64,000 bases of DNA. Origin: an uncultured Gemmatimonadota bacterium. GTDB lineage: Bacteria > Gemmatimonadota > Gemmatimonadetes > Palauibacterales > Palauibacteraceae. The translations under genes and the position numbers were made by a program. The stretch covers positions 42,986 through 106,985 of the forward strand of contig CAZFDK010000004.1 of assembly GCA_964518305.1 (NCBI GenBank), written 5' to 3'. Below the pieces are notes generated by a model. That model made no database searches. It was not told the origin of the DNA and saw only the letters and a program-made list of their open reading frames with translations. This document shows, piece after piece, positions 28,904 through 38,457 of this stretch (its first letter is position 1; each line of letters begins with the position of its first letter).

Positions 28904-30966
28904 GCCCGGACACGGATCGCTTCCCGGGCCCGAACGAGGCCGAGGAGCTGTCGCGGCCCGAGGCCGAAGAGCTGGTGGAGGACCTCCGGGAGGAGGTGCG
29001 GCGCCACGACCACCTGTACTACGTGGAGAACGACCCGGAGATCTCGGACGCGGAGTACGATCGGCTCTTCGGGGCGCTGGAGATCATCGAGGACCGGTTC
29101 CCGGGGCTGGCCACCGACGACTCCCCCACCCGCCGGGTCGGGGCTCCTCCTCGGGACGAGTTTCCGACCGTGGAGCACGTGGCCCCGATGCTCAGCCTGG
29201 AGGCGACGCGCGAGCGCTCGGACGTGGAGCGTTATGTGGAGCGGGTCCGCCGAGCGGCAGGCGAGGAGGCGCGCTTCGTCCTCGAGCCCAAGCTGGACGG
29301 CGCTTCCGTGGAGGTCGTGTACGAGGACGGTCGCCTGAGCCGGGCCGCCACCCGTGGCGATGGGGAGGAGGGCGAGGAGATCACCGACAACGTTCGCACC
29401 ATCGGCTCCGTGCCCCTCCGCATGCGGGAGGAGGACCGGGAGCTCCCCTCCGTGCTGGCCGTCCGGGGCGAGGCGATTTTCTACCTCCCGGATTTCCAGG
29501 ATCTGAATCGGACGCTCATGGAGCGGGACGAGAAGCCCTTCGCGAATCCGCGGAACGCGGCAGCGGGATCCCTCCGCCAGCTCGACTCCCGCGTCACCGC
29601 CGAGCGGCCGCTGCATCTTCTGGCCTACGAGGTGCTCGCCGTGGAGGAGGGGCCGGAGCTCGAGACGGATACGGAAGCACTGGAGGCGCTGGACGAGTGG
29701 GGGTTCCGGCTGCCCGAGGGGCTCGACACGGCCGACGACGCGGCGGGGATCGCCGAGTACCACGAGCGCTGGGCCGAACGGCGAGACGACCTGGACTTCG
29801 AGATCGACGGAGTCGTGGTGAAGCTGGACCAGCACGCTCCCAGGGAGGAGCTCGGAAGTACCGCGCGTCACCCCCGCTGGGCGCTGGCGTTCAAGTTCGA
29901 GCCCCGGCGGGAGGAGACGCGCGTGGAGGACATCGCGGTCAGCGTGGGACGAACCGGAAAGCTGACACCGGTGGCGCTGCTCCGTCCCGTCGAGGTGGGC
30001 GGCGTCACGGTGGCCCGTGCCTCGCTGCACAATCGGGAGGAGGTGGAGCGCAAGGACGTGCGGATCGGCGACACGGTGCGGATCCAGCGCGCCGGGGACG
30101 TGATTCCCGAAGTCGTGGAGCGTGTGAAAGAGCCGGGTCGTGAGCGCGAGCGTCCCTTCGAGATGCCCTCCGAGTGCCCGGCCTGCGGAGCCGAGGTGGA
30201 GCAGGACGGGCCGCTGGACTTCTGCCCGAACCGCTTCGAGTGCCCGGCACAGCTCAAGGGGCGGATCCAGCACTTCGCCTCGCGCGGTGCCATGGACATC
30301 GAGGGGGTCGGCGAGGAGACGGCGGACCTGCTGGTGGAGCGGGGGTTCGTGGAGTCCATGGCCGACCTGTATCGGCTCGAGGCCGACGACATCCGGGACC
30401 TGGAGGGCTTCGCCGAGAAGTCGGCCGAGAAGCTGGTGGCCGAGATCGAGGACAGCCGGGAGCCGGAGCTCCGCCGCTTCCTCTACGGCCTCGGCATTCC
30501 CGAGGTTGGAGAGACGGTGGCCCGGAACCTGGCGGATCACTTCGGCACGCTGGAAGCCGTGCGCCAGGCGGATGAGGACGAGCTCCTGGAGGTGCCGGGG
30601 GTAGGCCCGAAGATGGCCGAAAAAATAGGGGACTTCTTCCGGGACCCGCGCGACCGCGAGGCCATCGACGGGCTCTTGGAAGCGGGTGTGGAGGTCCGGA
30701 AGGCCGCCGGGACCGGCACCGAACGGCTCGAGGGGCTGAGGTTCGTGTTCACCGGCGCCCTGGAGCGGTGGACACGGGCCGAGGCCGAGGGGCTGGTGGA
30801 GTCGAACGGGGGGCGTGCCACCTCCTCCGTGAGCTCGGAGACGGACTACGTGGTGGTGGGCGAGGATCCGGGCCAGAAGGCGGACGAGGCCGAGCAGGAG
30901 GACGTCGACACACTGGACGAGGGGGAGTTCGTGGAGCTTCTCGGCGAGAAGGGGGTCGAGGCGTGA
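28900..30966 (+). CDS. ligA: NAD-dependent DNA ligase
   Basis: HDHLYY, ISDAEYD, EPKLDG (adenylated Lys), TRGDG, NPRNAAAGSLRQ, DGVVVK, C4 zinc finger, HhH and BRCT. Confidence 0.96.
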   Translation: MSPDTDRFPGPNEAEELSRPEAEELVEDLREEVRRHDHLYYVENDPEISDAEYDRLFGALEIIEDRFPGLATDDSPTRRVGAPPRDEFPTVEHVAPMLSLEATRERSDVERYVERVRRAAGEEARFVLEPKLDGASVEVVYEDGRLSRAATRGDGEEGEEITDNVRTIGSVPLRMREEDRELPSVLAVRGEAIFYLPDFQDLNRTLMERDEKPFANPRNAAAGSLRQLDSRVTAERPLHLLAYEVLAVEEGPELETDTEALEALDEWGFRLPEGLDTADDAAGIAEYHERWAERRDDLDFEIDGVVVKLDQHAPREELGSTARHPRWALAFKFEPRREETRVEDIAVSVGRTGKLTPVALLRPVEVGGVTVARASLHNREEVERKDVRIGDTVRIQRAGDVIPEVVERVKEPGRERERPFEMPSECPACGAEVEQDGPLDFCPNRFECPAQLKGRIQHFASRGAMDIEGVGEETADLLVERGFVESMADLYRLEADDIRDLEGFAEKSAEKLVAEIEDSREPELRRFLYGLGIPEVGETVARNLADHFGTLEAVRQADEDELLEVPGVGPKMAEKIGDFFRDPRDREAIDGLLEAGVEVRKAAGTGTERLEGLRFVFTGALERWTRAEAEGLVESNGGRATSSVSSETDYVVVGEDPGQKADEAEQEDVDTLDEGEFVELLGEKGVEA

Positions 30967-31820
30967 CACCCGGCGGAGGGTCGAGGACCGTCAGCCGGAA
31001 CATCGAGGCCGCCGGGGTCCCGGGCGTGCTGGCGGCGCCGGCAGGGATCGACCACGAGGCGCCCCTGCTGGTGCTGTGGCACGGATTCGGCCCGCCGCCG
31101 GAGGCCGAGGGGCTGGCTGAGCGGCTCCCGCTCCAGGGCCTCGATGCATACCGGGTCTACCTGGATCTGCCGCTCTTCGGCGGCCGTCAGCCCGAGGACG
31201 CCCCCCGGGAGCTGGGCGAGCGGCAGGCCGAGGACTACCTCAATCGGCTCCTCTGGCCGGTGGTGGAGCAGGCCACAGGGGAGCTCACGGACGTGGTCGA
31301 GTCCCTGAGGGAGCAGCTGGACGCCGGCTTCGGGCGCGGAGTCGGCCTCTTCGGACACTCCGCCGGCGGGCTGGTGGCGCTCCACGCGGTGGCCGAGGGG
31401 GTCGTCCCGGTCCGGGCGGCAGCGACCTTCGGCGCGCCGGCCAGCGCGGAGGCGCCGCTGGCAGAGATCGAGGAGCTGATCGGCGAGCCGTACGAGTGGA
31501 CGCCCGAGTCCCGCGAGAAGGCCCGTCGCCTCGACATCCCGGGGCGTGCGGACGAGATCGCCGGACGGGAGCCGCGACCGGATCTCCTCTTCGTCCACGG
31601 CGAGGACGACGATCGAGTCCCTCCGTCCGAGGCGAGGGAGATGGGACGGTCCCTCCGCCGCGCCTACGGTGACGGACCCGGGGCCGAGATCCGGGTCGAG
31701 CTGCTGGCCGGACACGGCCACTCCATCGGACCGCATCGCAGCAGCGGCGGCGGCCCGGACTCAGAACTGGAGACGCGTCTCCTCGACTGGTTCCGAGAGC
31801 GGCTGGTGGATGGCGGGTGA
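30963..31820 (+). CDS. Alpha/beta hydrolase (esterase-like)
   Basis: LWHG, GHSAGG nucleophile elbow, HGEDDDRV, GHGH; GTGA overlap. Confidence 0.8.
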   Translation: MTPGGGSRTVSRNIEAAGVPGVLAAPAGIDHEAPLLVLWHGFGPPPEAEGLAERLPLQGLDAYRVYLDLPLFGGRQPEDAPRELGERQAEDYLNRLLWPVVEQATGELTDVVESLREQLDAGFGRGVGLFGHSAGGLVALHAVAEGVVPVRAAATFGAPASAEAPLAEIEELIGEPYEWTPESREKARRLDIPGRADEIAGREPRPDLLFVHGEDDDRVPPSEAREMGRSLRRAYGDGPGAEIRVELLAGHGHSIGPHRSSGGGPDSELETRLLDWFRERLVDGG

Positions 31821-32749
31821 GGAGGCTCGTCATCCTCAACCCGACGGCACGGCGGGTCCCCCGCTACCGGGGTCTGCTGGACGAGATGGCCGCCGAGCGC
31901 GGGACGGAGCTTTGCGAGACCGAGGGTCCGGGGGACGCCTCCGACCTGGCGTGTCGGGCCCGGGAGCAGGGGGTGCCGGAGATCGTCTCCGCCGGCGGCG
32001 ACGGCACGCTGAACGAGGTGGTGAACGGTCTGGCTCCGTTCCCGGGGGACGACGCGCCGGAGGAGCGGCCTCCCGCGCTGGGTGTGCTGCCTCTCGGGAC
32101 GGGCAACGACGCGGCGCGATCGATGGGCGTTCCGCTCGATCCGGAGCGGGCCCGTACGGTCCTGGAGGAGGGCACGCTCCGGACCCTGGACGTGGGGCGA
32201 GTGCGCGGTGACCGGGAGCGCTATTTCGTCAACTCGGCCATAGGCGGAATCGGCGGACTGATCGAGCGGAGGCTGCCGCAGCGGTTGAAGCGGTGGCTCG
32301 GTGGCTACTCCTACCGGGTGGCCGCCGTTTCGGCCCTCCGCCACCTGCCCCGATATCGCGTCACCGCCGAATGGGAGGGCGGCGACGAGTCGCTCCGGGC
32401 GGTCGTGTACAGCGTGGTCGTCGCCAACGGTCGCCTCGCGGGGGGAGGGATACCGGTAGCGCCCGATGCCCGACCCGACGACGGCCTGCTGGACCTGGTC
32501 GTGATCGAGTGCGGTCCACTGAGGCGCATCCCCGGACTCGTCTGGTCGTTGCTTCGTGGCCGGCACCTGGAGCGGGAGGACGTGCGTCGGGTTCGCGCGG
32601 AATCGTTCGTCCTCCGCTCCGCGCCGCCGGTCTGGGTGAGCCTGGACGGGGAGGTGTTCGGCGACGAAGCGCTGGAGGCAGAGGTCGTACCGGGGGCGCT
32701 CCGCATGTTGATCCCGGGAGGCGACCACGAGCCCGACGGAGAGGTCTGA
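31817..32749 (+). CDS. Diacylglycerol/lipid kinase family (YegS/DgkB-like)
   Basis: ILNP, SAGGDGTLNEVVNG, LPLGTGND, ANGR..GGG, DDGLLD, LDGE. Confidence 0.92.
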   Translation: MRRLVILNPTARRVPRYRGLLDEMAAERGTELCETEGPGDASDLACRAREQGVPEIVSAGGDGTLNEVVNGLAPFPGDDAPEERPPALGVLPLGTGNDAARSMGVPLDPERARTVLEEGTLRTLDVGRVRGDRERYFVNSAIGGIGGLIERRLPQRLKRWLGGYSYRVAAVSALRHLPRYRVTAEWEGGDESLRAVVYSVVVANGRLAGGGIPVAPDARPDDGLLDLVVIECGPLRRIPGLVWSLLRGRHLEREDVRRVRAESFVLRSAPPVWVSLDGEVFGDEALEAEVVPGALRMLIPGGDHEPDGEV

Positions 32750-32753
32750 ACCC

Positions 32754-33962
32754 ATGGACATCACGATCGGAGAGGCGCTCGCGCCGCCGCCCGGAGAACG
32801 GGACGCGGAACTGGTGGAGAGGAAGGGGCGCGGCCACCCCGACACGATGTGCGACGGCATGGCCGAGCGGCTGAGCACCGAGCTGTGCCGGTTCTACGTG
32901 AAGGAGTTCGGACGTCCGCTCCACCACAACGTGGACAAGGCGCTGCTCCGCGCCGGCGTCGGCCGGCCGGAGCCGGGCGGCGGCGAGCTGAAGGAGCCCG
33001 TCGAGGTCTACCTGAGCGGGCGCGCCGCGCACGAGTTCCGTGGCCACGATGTCCCGGTGGAGCAGATCGTCCGGGAGGCCTGCCGGGACTGGGTCGACGA
33101 GAACCTGCACGCCGCCGATCCAGAGGAGCACTTCCGCTTCCACAACCTGCTCCGCCCGGGGTCCTCGGATCTCGTTCAGCTCTTCGACCGTCAGTTCCGC
33201 GAAGGGAGCCGATTGGCGAACGATACCTCCGTGGGCGTCGGGTACGCGCCCGCCGGCGTCCTGGAACAGCTGGTCCTCGACGTGGAGCGTCGCCTGTCGT
33301 CGGACCACGTCACGAGCCGGTATCCGGCGCTGGGAGAGGACGTGAAGGTGAGCGGGGTGCGGCGGGGAGACACGATCGAGCTCACGGTCGCGTGCGCGAT
33401 GATCGGCCGCTTCACGCCGACTCTGGAGCGGTACGAGCGCGCGACGCGGCGCGCGGCCGAGATCGCGCGGGAGACCGCACGGGAGCACACCGGCGGCGAC
33501 CTGGACGTCCGGGTCAACACCGCGGACCGTATCCAGGAGGGAGAGGTCTACCTCACCGTCATCGGAACGTCGGCCGACGGCGGGGACGACGGTCAGACGG
33601 GACGGGGCAACCGGGTCGGGGGGCTCATCACACCGTACCGTCCCATGGTGATGGAGGCGCCGGCCGGCAAGAACCCCGTGAGTCACCCGGGCAAGCTGTA
33701 CCCGGTGGCGGCGAACCGCATCGCGCGGCGGATCACGGGATGCTGCCCGGGAGTCGAGGGGGCGCAGTGCTACCTCCAGAGCCGCATCGGGCAGCCGCTA
33801 GAGGAGCCCCGGCTCCTGGAGGTCCGGCTGCACACGGCGGCCGGAAGCTCGGCCGAGGACCACCGCACGCGCGTGGAGGAGGTGGCCGACGAGGAGCTCG
33901 GCCGGCTGGAGGACCTGTGGCGCGAGGTCCTCGAGGGAGAGCTCGGGGTCGCCCTCTTCTGA
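32754..33962 (+). CDS. mat: Archaeal-type S-adenosylmethionine synthetase
   Basis: VERKGRGHPDT, HHNVDK, ANDTS.GVGYAP, GEDVKV, GTSADGGDDG.TGRGNR..GLITP.RPM..EA.AGKNPVSHPGKLY. Confidence 0.9.
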   Translation: MDITIGEALAPPPGERDAELVERKGRGHPDTMCDGMAERLSTELCRFYVKEFGRPLHHNVDKALLRAGVGRPEPGGGELKEPVEVYLSGRAAHEFRGHDVPVEQIVREACRDWVDENLHAADPEEHFRFHNLLRPGSSDLVQLFDRQFREGSRLANDTSVGVGYAPAGVLEQLVLDVERRLSSDHVTSRYPALGEDVKVSGVRRGDTIELTVACAMIGRFTPTLERYERATRRAAEIARETAREHTGGDLDVRVNTADRIQEGEVYLTVIGTSADGGDDGQTGRGNRVGGLITPYRPMVMEAPAGKNPVSHPGKLYPVAANRIARRITGCCPGVEGAQCYLQSRIGQPLEEPRLLEVRLHTAAGSSAEDHRTRVEEVADEELGRLEDLWREVLEGELGVALF

Positions 33963-33983
33963 GGATGCCCCGGTGAGACTCTG

Positions 33984-35141
33984 CTACGGACGGACCAGGA
34001 GCCGGCCGTCGTCGGCGAGCTCGAGGTCGGCTCCGTCCAGCCTCCGGCTCTCACGCTGGAGCGTGTCCCGCATCCAGCGTCCGGCCTCGAGTCCCGCGCG
34101 CTCCAGCCGGAATCGGTGGATGCGCATCGGGACCATCTCGAGGCGCTCGAGACGACCGGTGCCGGCGTTCAGCACCGGGAGGTAGATCAGCACGAGCTCG
34201 GGCCGGTACTCCTCGTGGCCAGCGATACCCTCGTAGTCGTTGAGGAAGTCACCGCATCCGTACAGGACGAGGTGCCCTCCGTGGATCTCGAGGCCTTTCG
34301 GGTGATGGGAGGAGTGGCCGTGGACGACGTCGACGCCGGCGTCCTCCACGAGGTGACGGGCGAATCGGCGCTGTTCCCCGGGGATCCCGTAGCCCCAGTT
34401 CGGACCCCAGTGCAGTGAGACGACGACGAGGTCGTTCTCCCGACGAACACGCCGCAGCCACCGACCGGCGTCCCGGGCGGCCGCCCGAGACGGCTCCGGC
34501 AGGTAGCTGATCCCGGGGCGATCCGCATCCGCCGCCCACTCTCCGGGCACGCCGGCGCTCGGAAAGCCCAGGGCGAGGACCAGGACGCGCCCGTCCGTGC
34601 CGTCGATGTCGACGGTGGCCGGGGTTCGGGCCCCCTCTCGATCGGATCCGGCCCCGGCCGTGCGCACGCCGCCGGCCTCCAGCGAGTCCAGCGTCTCACG
34701 CAGGCCGGATCGTCCCCAGTCCAGCACGTGGTTGTTGGCCAGCACGGCCACGTCGACGTCCCCGGCCACGAGGCACCCCACGTTGGCCGGGTGGGTCCGG
34801 TAGTGGATCCCCTTCCCCGGCCAGGCGTCCTCGCTGGTGGTCGCCGCGGTCTCCAGGTTCACGACCCGGGCGTCCGTGTCGGCCCGGTCGAGCGCGTCCA
34901 GCGCGTCGCCCCACGGGTAGTCCAGACTCACCGGAGCGGGGATCGGGCCGCTCTCCCGCTCCGCCAGCTCGACGTACCGGCGGGCGTCCTTCACGTGTGG
35001 CTCGTGCAGCGACGGCGGCACGGACTGGGAGAAGACCTGGTCGAGCCCGCGGCCGATCATCACGTCGCCGGCGAGGAAGAGGGTGACGGTCCCGTCCGGG
35101 CCCGCTCCGCCGCCGCTCCGTACCGTCTCCGATGGCGCCAT
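33984..35141 (-). CDS. CapA family metallophosphoesterase (Rv0574c-like)
   Basis: GDVMIGRG, VNLET, LANNHVLDWG, SLHWG, HGHSSHH, YGCGDFLNDYEG. Confidence 0.9.
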   Translation of the reverse strand: MAPSETVRSGGGAGPDGTVTLFLAGDVMIGRGLDQVFSQSVPPSLHEPHVKDARRYVELAERESGPIPAPVSLDYPWGDALDALDRADTDARVVNLETAATTSEDAWPGKGIHYRTHPANVGCLVAGDVDVAVLANNHVLDWGRSGLRETLDSLEAGGVRTAGAGSDREGARTPATVDIDGTDGRVLVLALGFPSAGVPGEWAADADRPGISYLPEPSRAAARDAGRWLRRVRRENDLVVVSLHWGPNWGYGIPGEQRRFARHLVEDAGVDVVHGHSSHHPKGLEIHGGHLVLYGCGDFLNDYEGIAGHEEYRPELVLIYLPVLNAGTGRLERLEMVPMRIHRFRLERAGLEAGRWMRDTLQRESRRLDGADLELADDGRLLVRP

Positions 35142-35232
35142 GGGAGTTCTCCCGACGGATGCCGACGGCCTCCTCCCACGTCGTCCGCCGGGGCCTTCCC
35201 GACGGAGTCGGCGTGCCGCACGACGGTAAGGT
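35139..35232 (+). promoter_or_regulatory. Phased-box promoter of polX-esterase-nrdJ (probably leaderless)
   Basis: CATGGG-AGTTCT-CCCGAC (35139-56), box ends CCCACG (35180) and CCCGAC (35203); TAAGGT at 35227-32; gaps 46 and 23 nt; ATG 7 nt downstream. Confidence 0.65.
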
Positions 35233-35239
35233 ACAGTCC

Positions 35240-36997
35240 ATGGAGAACGTAGAGATCGCGGAACGGCTGGGCGAGGTGGCGGACCTCCTGGAGATCCAGG
35301 GCGCGAACCCGTTTCGGGTCCGCGCCTACCGGAACGCCGTGCGGACCATCCAGGGGCTGACGCGTTCCCTGGACGAGATGGTGGAGGAGGGCGAGGACCT
35401 CACCGAGCTCTCCGGCATCGGCGAGGACATCTCCGGGTACATCGAGGAGATGGTGCAGACGGGCGAGCTCGGGCTGCTGCAGGAGCTCCACGAGGAGGTC
35501 CCGCCCACCGTGGCCGACCTGCTGGACCTGGAAGGGATAGGGCCCAAGAAGGCGAAGAAGCTCTGGCAGGAGCTCGACATCGAGACCGTGAACGACCTCG
35601 AGGACGCCCTGGACCGGGGTGAGGTCGTCGAGCTGGAGGGGTTCGGCGAGAAGACGGCCGAGAAGATGCGGCAGGCCATCGAGGACTTCCGGAAGCACCG
35701 GGAGCGGTTCCGCCTCGGGGACGCCGACCGCTGGGTGGAGCCCCTGCTGGAGTACATGGAGGAGGCGCCGGGGGTCGAGGAGCTGGACGTGGCCGGCAGC
35801 TACCGCCGCCGGAAGGAGACCGTGGGCGACATCGACCTCCTGGCGGTCTGCGACGACGCCGGCCCCGTCATGGAGCACTTCACCTCCTACGATCTGGTGG
35901 AGCGAGTCGTCGAGGCCGGAGAAACCCGGGGTAGCGTCGTGCTCAGGCCCGGGCTGCAGGTGGACCTCCGGATCGTGCCGAAGGAGTCTTACGGGGCGGC
36001 GCTCCAGTACTTCACCGGGTCGCTGGAGCACAACGTGACGCTGCGGAAGCGGGCCCTGGAGGACGACCTCCGGGTGAGCGAGTACGGCGTCTTCGAGATC
36101 CCCGAGGGCACCGACCCGGACGAGATGGAGCCCGGCGAGGGTGAACGGGTGACCGGCGAGACCGAGGAGGGGGTGTACGAGGCACTGGGGCTCGTGTGGA
36201 TCCCGCCCGAGATGCGGGAGGACCGGGGCGAGATCCAGGCCGCCGAGGAGGACGACCTCCCGGAGCTGGTGGAGCTGTCGGACATCCGGGGCGACCTCCA
36301 GATGCACTCCACCTGGTCCGACGGCAAGAACACGATCGAGGCCATGGCCCGGGCGTGCCGGGAACGAGGGTACGAGTACATGGCGATCACCGACCACTCC
36401 CAGAGGGTCAGCGTGGCCGGCGGGCTGGACGAGGACGAGCTGGAGGAGCAGTGGGGGGAGATCGACGGCATCGAGGAGGACCTGAATATCGAGATCCTCC
36501 GGTCGCTGGAGGTGGACATCCTGAAGGACGGGTCGCTGGACCTGGACGACGGGCACCTGGAACAGCTGGACCTGGTTTTGGTGTCCGTTCACTCCTACAT
36601 GGACCTGGACGAGGAGGAGCAGACCGAGCGCATCGTCGCCGCCGTCTCCCATCCCGCGGTCCACGTCCTCGGCCATCCCACCGGACGGCGGATCAACGAG
36701 CGCGAGCCCTACGACCTGAACGTGGAGGCGGTCCTGGAGGCGGCGCGTGAGCACGGCGTGGCGGTGGAGCTGAACGCGAACCCCGAACGGCTGGACCTGA
36801 ACGACCGTCACGTCTTCCGGGCGCGGGAGCTCGGCGTCCCCGTGGTGATCTCCACGGACGCCCACGGCACCGACAATCTCCGCTACATGGAGCACGGCGT
36901 GGCGCAGGCCCGCAGGGGATGGCTCGAGCCGGAGGACGTGCTGAACACGCGCTCCATATCGGAGCTGAAGAGCTGGCTGTCAGAGGAGGACACATGA
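35240..36997 (+). CDS. polX: DNA polymerase X with PHP domain
   Basis: NPFRVRAY, GIGPKK, AGSYRR.KETVGDID, QVDLR, YFTGS; PHP motifs DLQMHSTWSDG, ITDHS, HPTGR, STDAH. Confidence 0.95.
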   Translation: MENVEIAERLGEVADLLEIQGANPFRVRAYRNAVRTIQGLTRSLDEMVEEGEDLTELSGIGEDISGYIEEMVQTGELGLLQELHEEVPPTVADLLDLEGIGPKKAKKLWQELDIETVNDLEDALDRGEVVELEGFGEKTAEKMRQAIEDFRKHRERFRLGDADRWVEPLLEYMEEAPGVEELDVAGSYRRRKETVGDIDLLAVCDDAGPVMEHFTSYDLVERVVEAGETRGSVVLRPGLQVDLRIVPKESYGAALQYFTGSLEHNVTLRKRALEDDLRVSEYGVFEIPEGTDPDEMEPGEGERVTGETEEGVYEALGLVWIPPEMREDRGEIQAAEEDDLPELVELSDIRGDLQMHSTWSDGKNTIEAMARACRERGYEYMAITDHSQRVSVAGGLDEDELEEQWGEIDGIEEDLNIEILRSLEVDILKDGSLDLDDGHLEQLDLVLVSVHSYMDLDEEEQTERIVAAVSHPAVHVLGHPTGRRINEREPYDLNVEAVLEAAREHGVAVELNANPERLDLNDRHVFRARELGVPVVISTDAHGTDNLRYMEHGVAQARRGWLEPEDVLNTRSISELKSWLSEEDT

Positions 36998-38442
36998 ACG
37001 CACCGAACGAAGATCCGACGCCGGAGGAAGAGGGCGAGGCGACCGCCACGGACGATTACGGGGAGGACGAGCCGCCGCAGACAGAGCCGTCGGCGGCCAG
37101 CCCGGGACCCGACGCCGTGGCGGTGATGCCCGACGAGGTCTCGGACGAGGAGCTGGCCACGGAGGCCCTGGATTTCGCCGAGCCGTTCGAGAGCATCGGT
37201 CGGGCCGGCCTGGACGGATTCCTCCGCCGGGCGTCCGGGGCGCGGGTCGTGGTCCTGGGCGCTTCCACGCACGGTACGTCGGAGTTCTACCGCATGCGGT
37301 CGCGACTCACCCGGGAGCTGGTGGCGGTACACGACTTCGACTTCGTGGCGCTGGAGGCGGACTGGGGCGACGTCGCCCGCATCGATCGGTACGTGCGGGA
37401 CGGGGACGTGCCGGAGACCGAGTGGACGGCGTTCGCCCGCTTTCCGGAGTGGATGTGGCGCAACCGCGAGACCCGCGAGTTCGTGGAGAGCCTCCGTGAC
37501 TTCAACTCCGGGGTCGGAGAGCGGGACCAGCGGGTGGCGCTGCACGGGCTCGACCTGTTCGGAATGAACGACTCCCTGCGGGAGATCGTCGACTACCTGG
37601 AGCGGGTGGATCCGGACGCGGCCGACGAGGCGCGCGACCGCTACTCGTGCCTCGCGCCCTGGCGGGACGAGCCCGCCCGCTACGCCAGCGAGGCCACCCG
37701 CGAGACCTTCGCGGAGTGCGAGGACGCCGTGATGGAAGAGCTCCGGGACCTCCTGGAGGAGCGCCTCGAGCTACCGGGCGTCAGCGAGGACTTCGTGGAG
37801 GCCGTGCAGAATGCCCGGCTGGTTGCCGATGCGGAGCGCTACTACCGCCTGCTCTACCAGGGCGGCGCGAAGGCCTGGAACGTTCGGGAGGAGCACATGC
37901 TGGACACGCTCCGGATGCTCCTGGCCCATCACGGACCCGACGCCCGCGGCGTGGTCTGGGCACACAACGCCCACGCCGGCGACGCCTCGGCCACGAGCAT
38001 GGGGCGGAGGGGACGGACCAGCCTGGGGCAGCTCTGCCGGCAGGAGCTGGGCCCCGAGGCCTACCTCGTGGGCATGGCCACCGATCGCGGAAGCGTGACC
38101 GCGGCGCCCCGCTGGGAGGGGCCGCCGGAGGCCCGGGAGCTGACGCCGTCCCGGGACGACAGCTGGGAGCACCTGCTCACGCGCATGGAGGAGCCCCGCG
38201 CTCTCCTCCCGATTCATCACCAGGCCCCACCGGCCGTTCGGGAGAGGCTGGCCGACGCCCGACCGGAGCGCACGGTGGGAGTGGTTCGAGGCTACGAGGA
38301 CGACGGGGCCGACGAGTACGTCCAGGCCTCCCTGTCCCGCCAGTTCGACGAGCTGATATGGTTCGAGGAGACGGAGGCCGTCACGCCCCTCGACGCCGAG
38401 CAGCTCGAGGGCGAGCCGGAGACCTATCCCTTCGGTGTCTGA
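36994..38442 (+). CDS. Erythromycin esterase family protein (Rv2030c C-domain type)
   Basis: LGASTHGTSEFY, VALEADW, WMWRN, GLDLF, WNVRE.HM, VWAHNAH, QFDELI. Confidence 0.88.
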   Translation: MNAPNEDPTPEEEGEATATDDYGEDEPPQTEPSAASPGPDAVAVMPDEVSDEELATEALDFAEPFESIGRAGLDGFLRRASGARVVVLGASTHGTSEFYRMRSRLTRELVAVHDFDFVALEADWGDVARIDRYVRDGDVPETEWTAFARFPEWMWRNRETREFVESLRDFNSGVGERDQRVALHGLDLFGMNDSLREIVDYLERVDPDAADEARDRYSCLAPWRDEPARYASEATRETFAECEDAVMEELRDLLEERLELPGVSEDFVEAVQNARLVADAERYYRLLYQGGAKAWNVREEHMLDTLRMLLAHHGPDARGVVWAHNAHAGDASATSMGRRGRTSLGQLCRQELGPEAYLVGMATDRGSVTAAPRWEGPPEARELTPSRDDSWEHLLTRMEEPRALLPIHHQAPPAVRERLADARPERTVGVVRGYEDDGADEYVQASLSRQFDELIWFEETEAVTPLDAEQLEGEPETYPFGV

Positions 38443-38457
38443 CGGGACTCCGGGCCC

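Noticed and set aside
28858-30969. 703-aa antisense ORF opposite ligA (similar ones opposite polX, atpD, atpA, GH65 and the P-ATPase)
   Set aside because: Mirror-frame ORFs are expected at this GC content, and they carry no family motifs.
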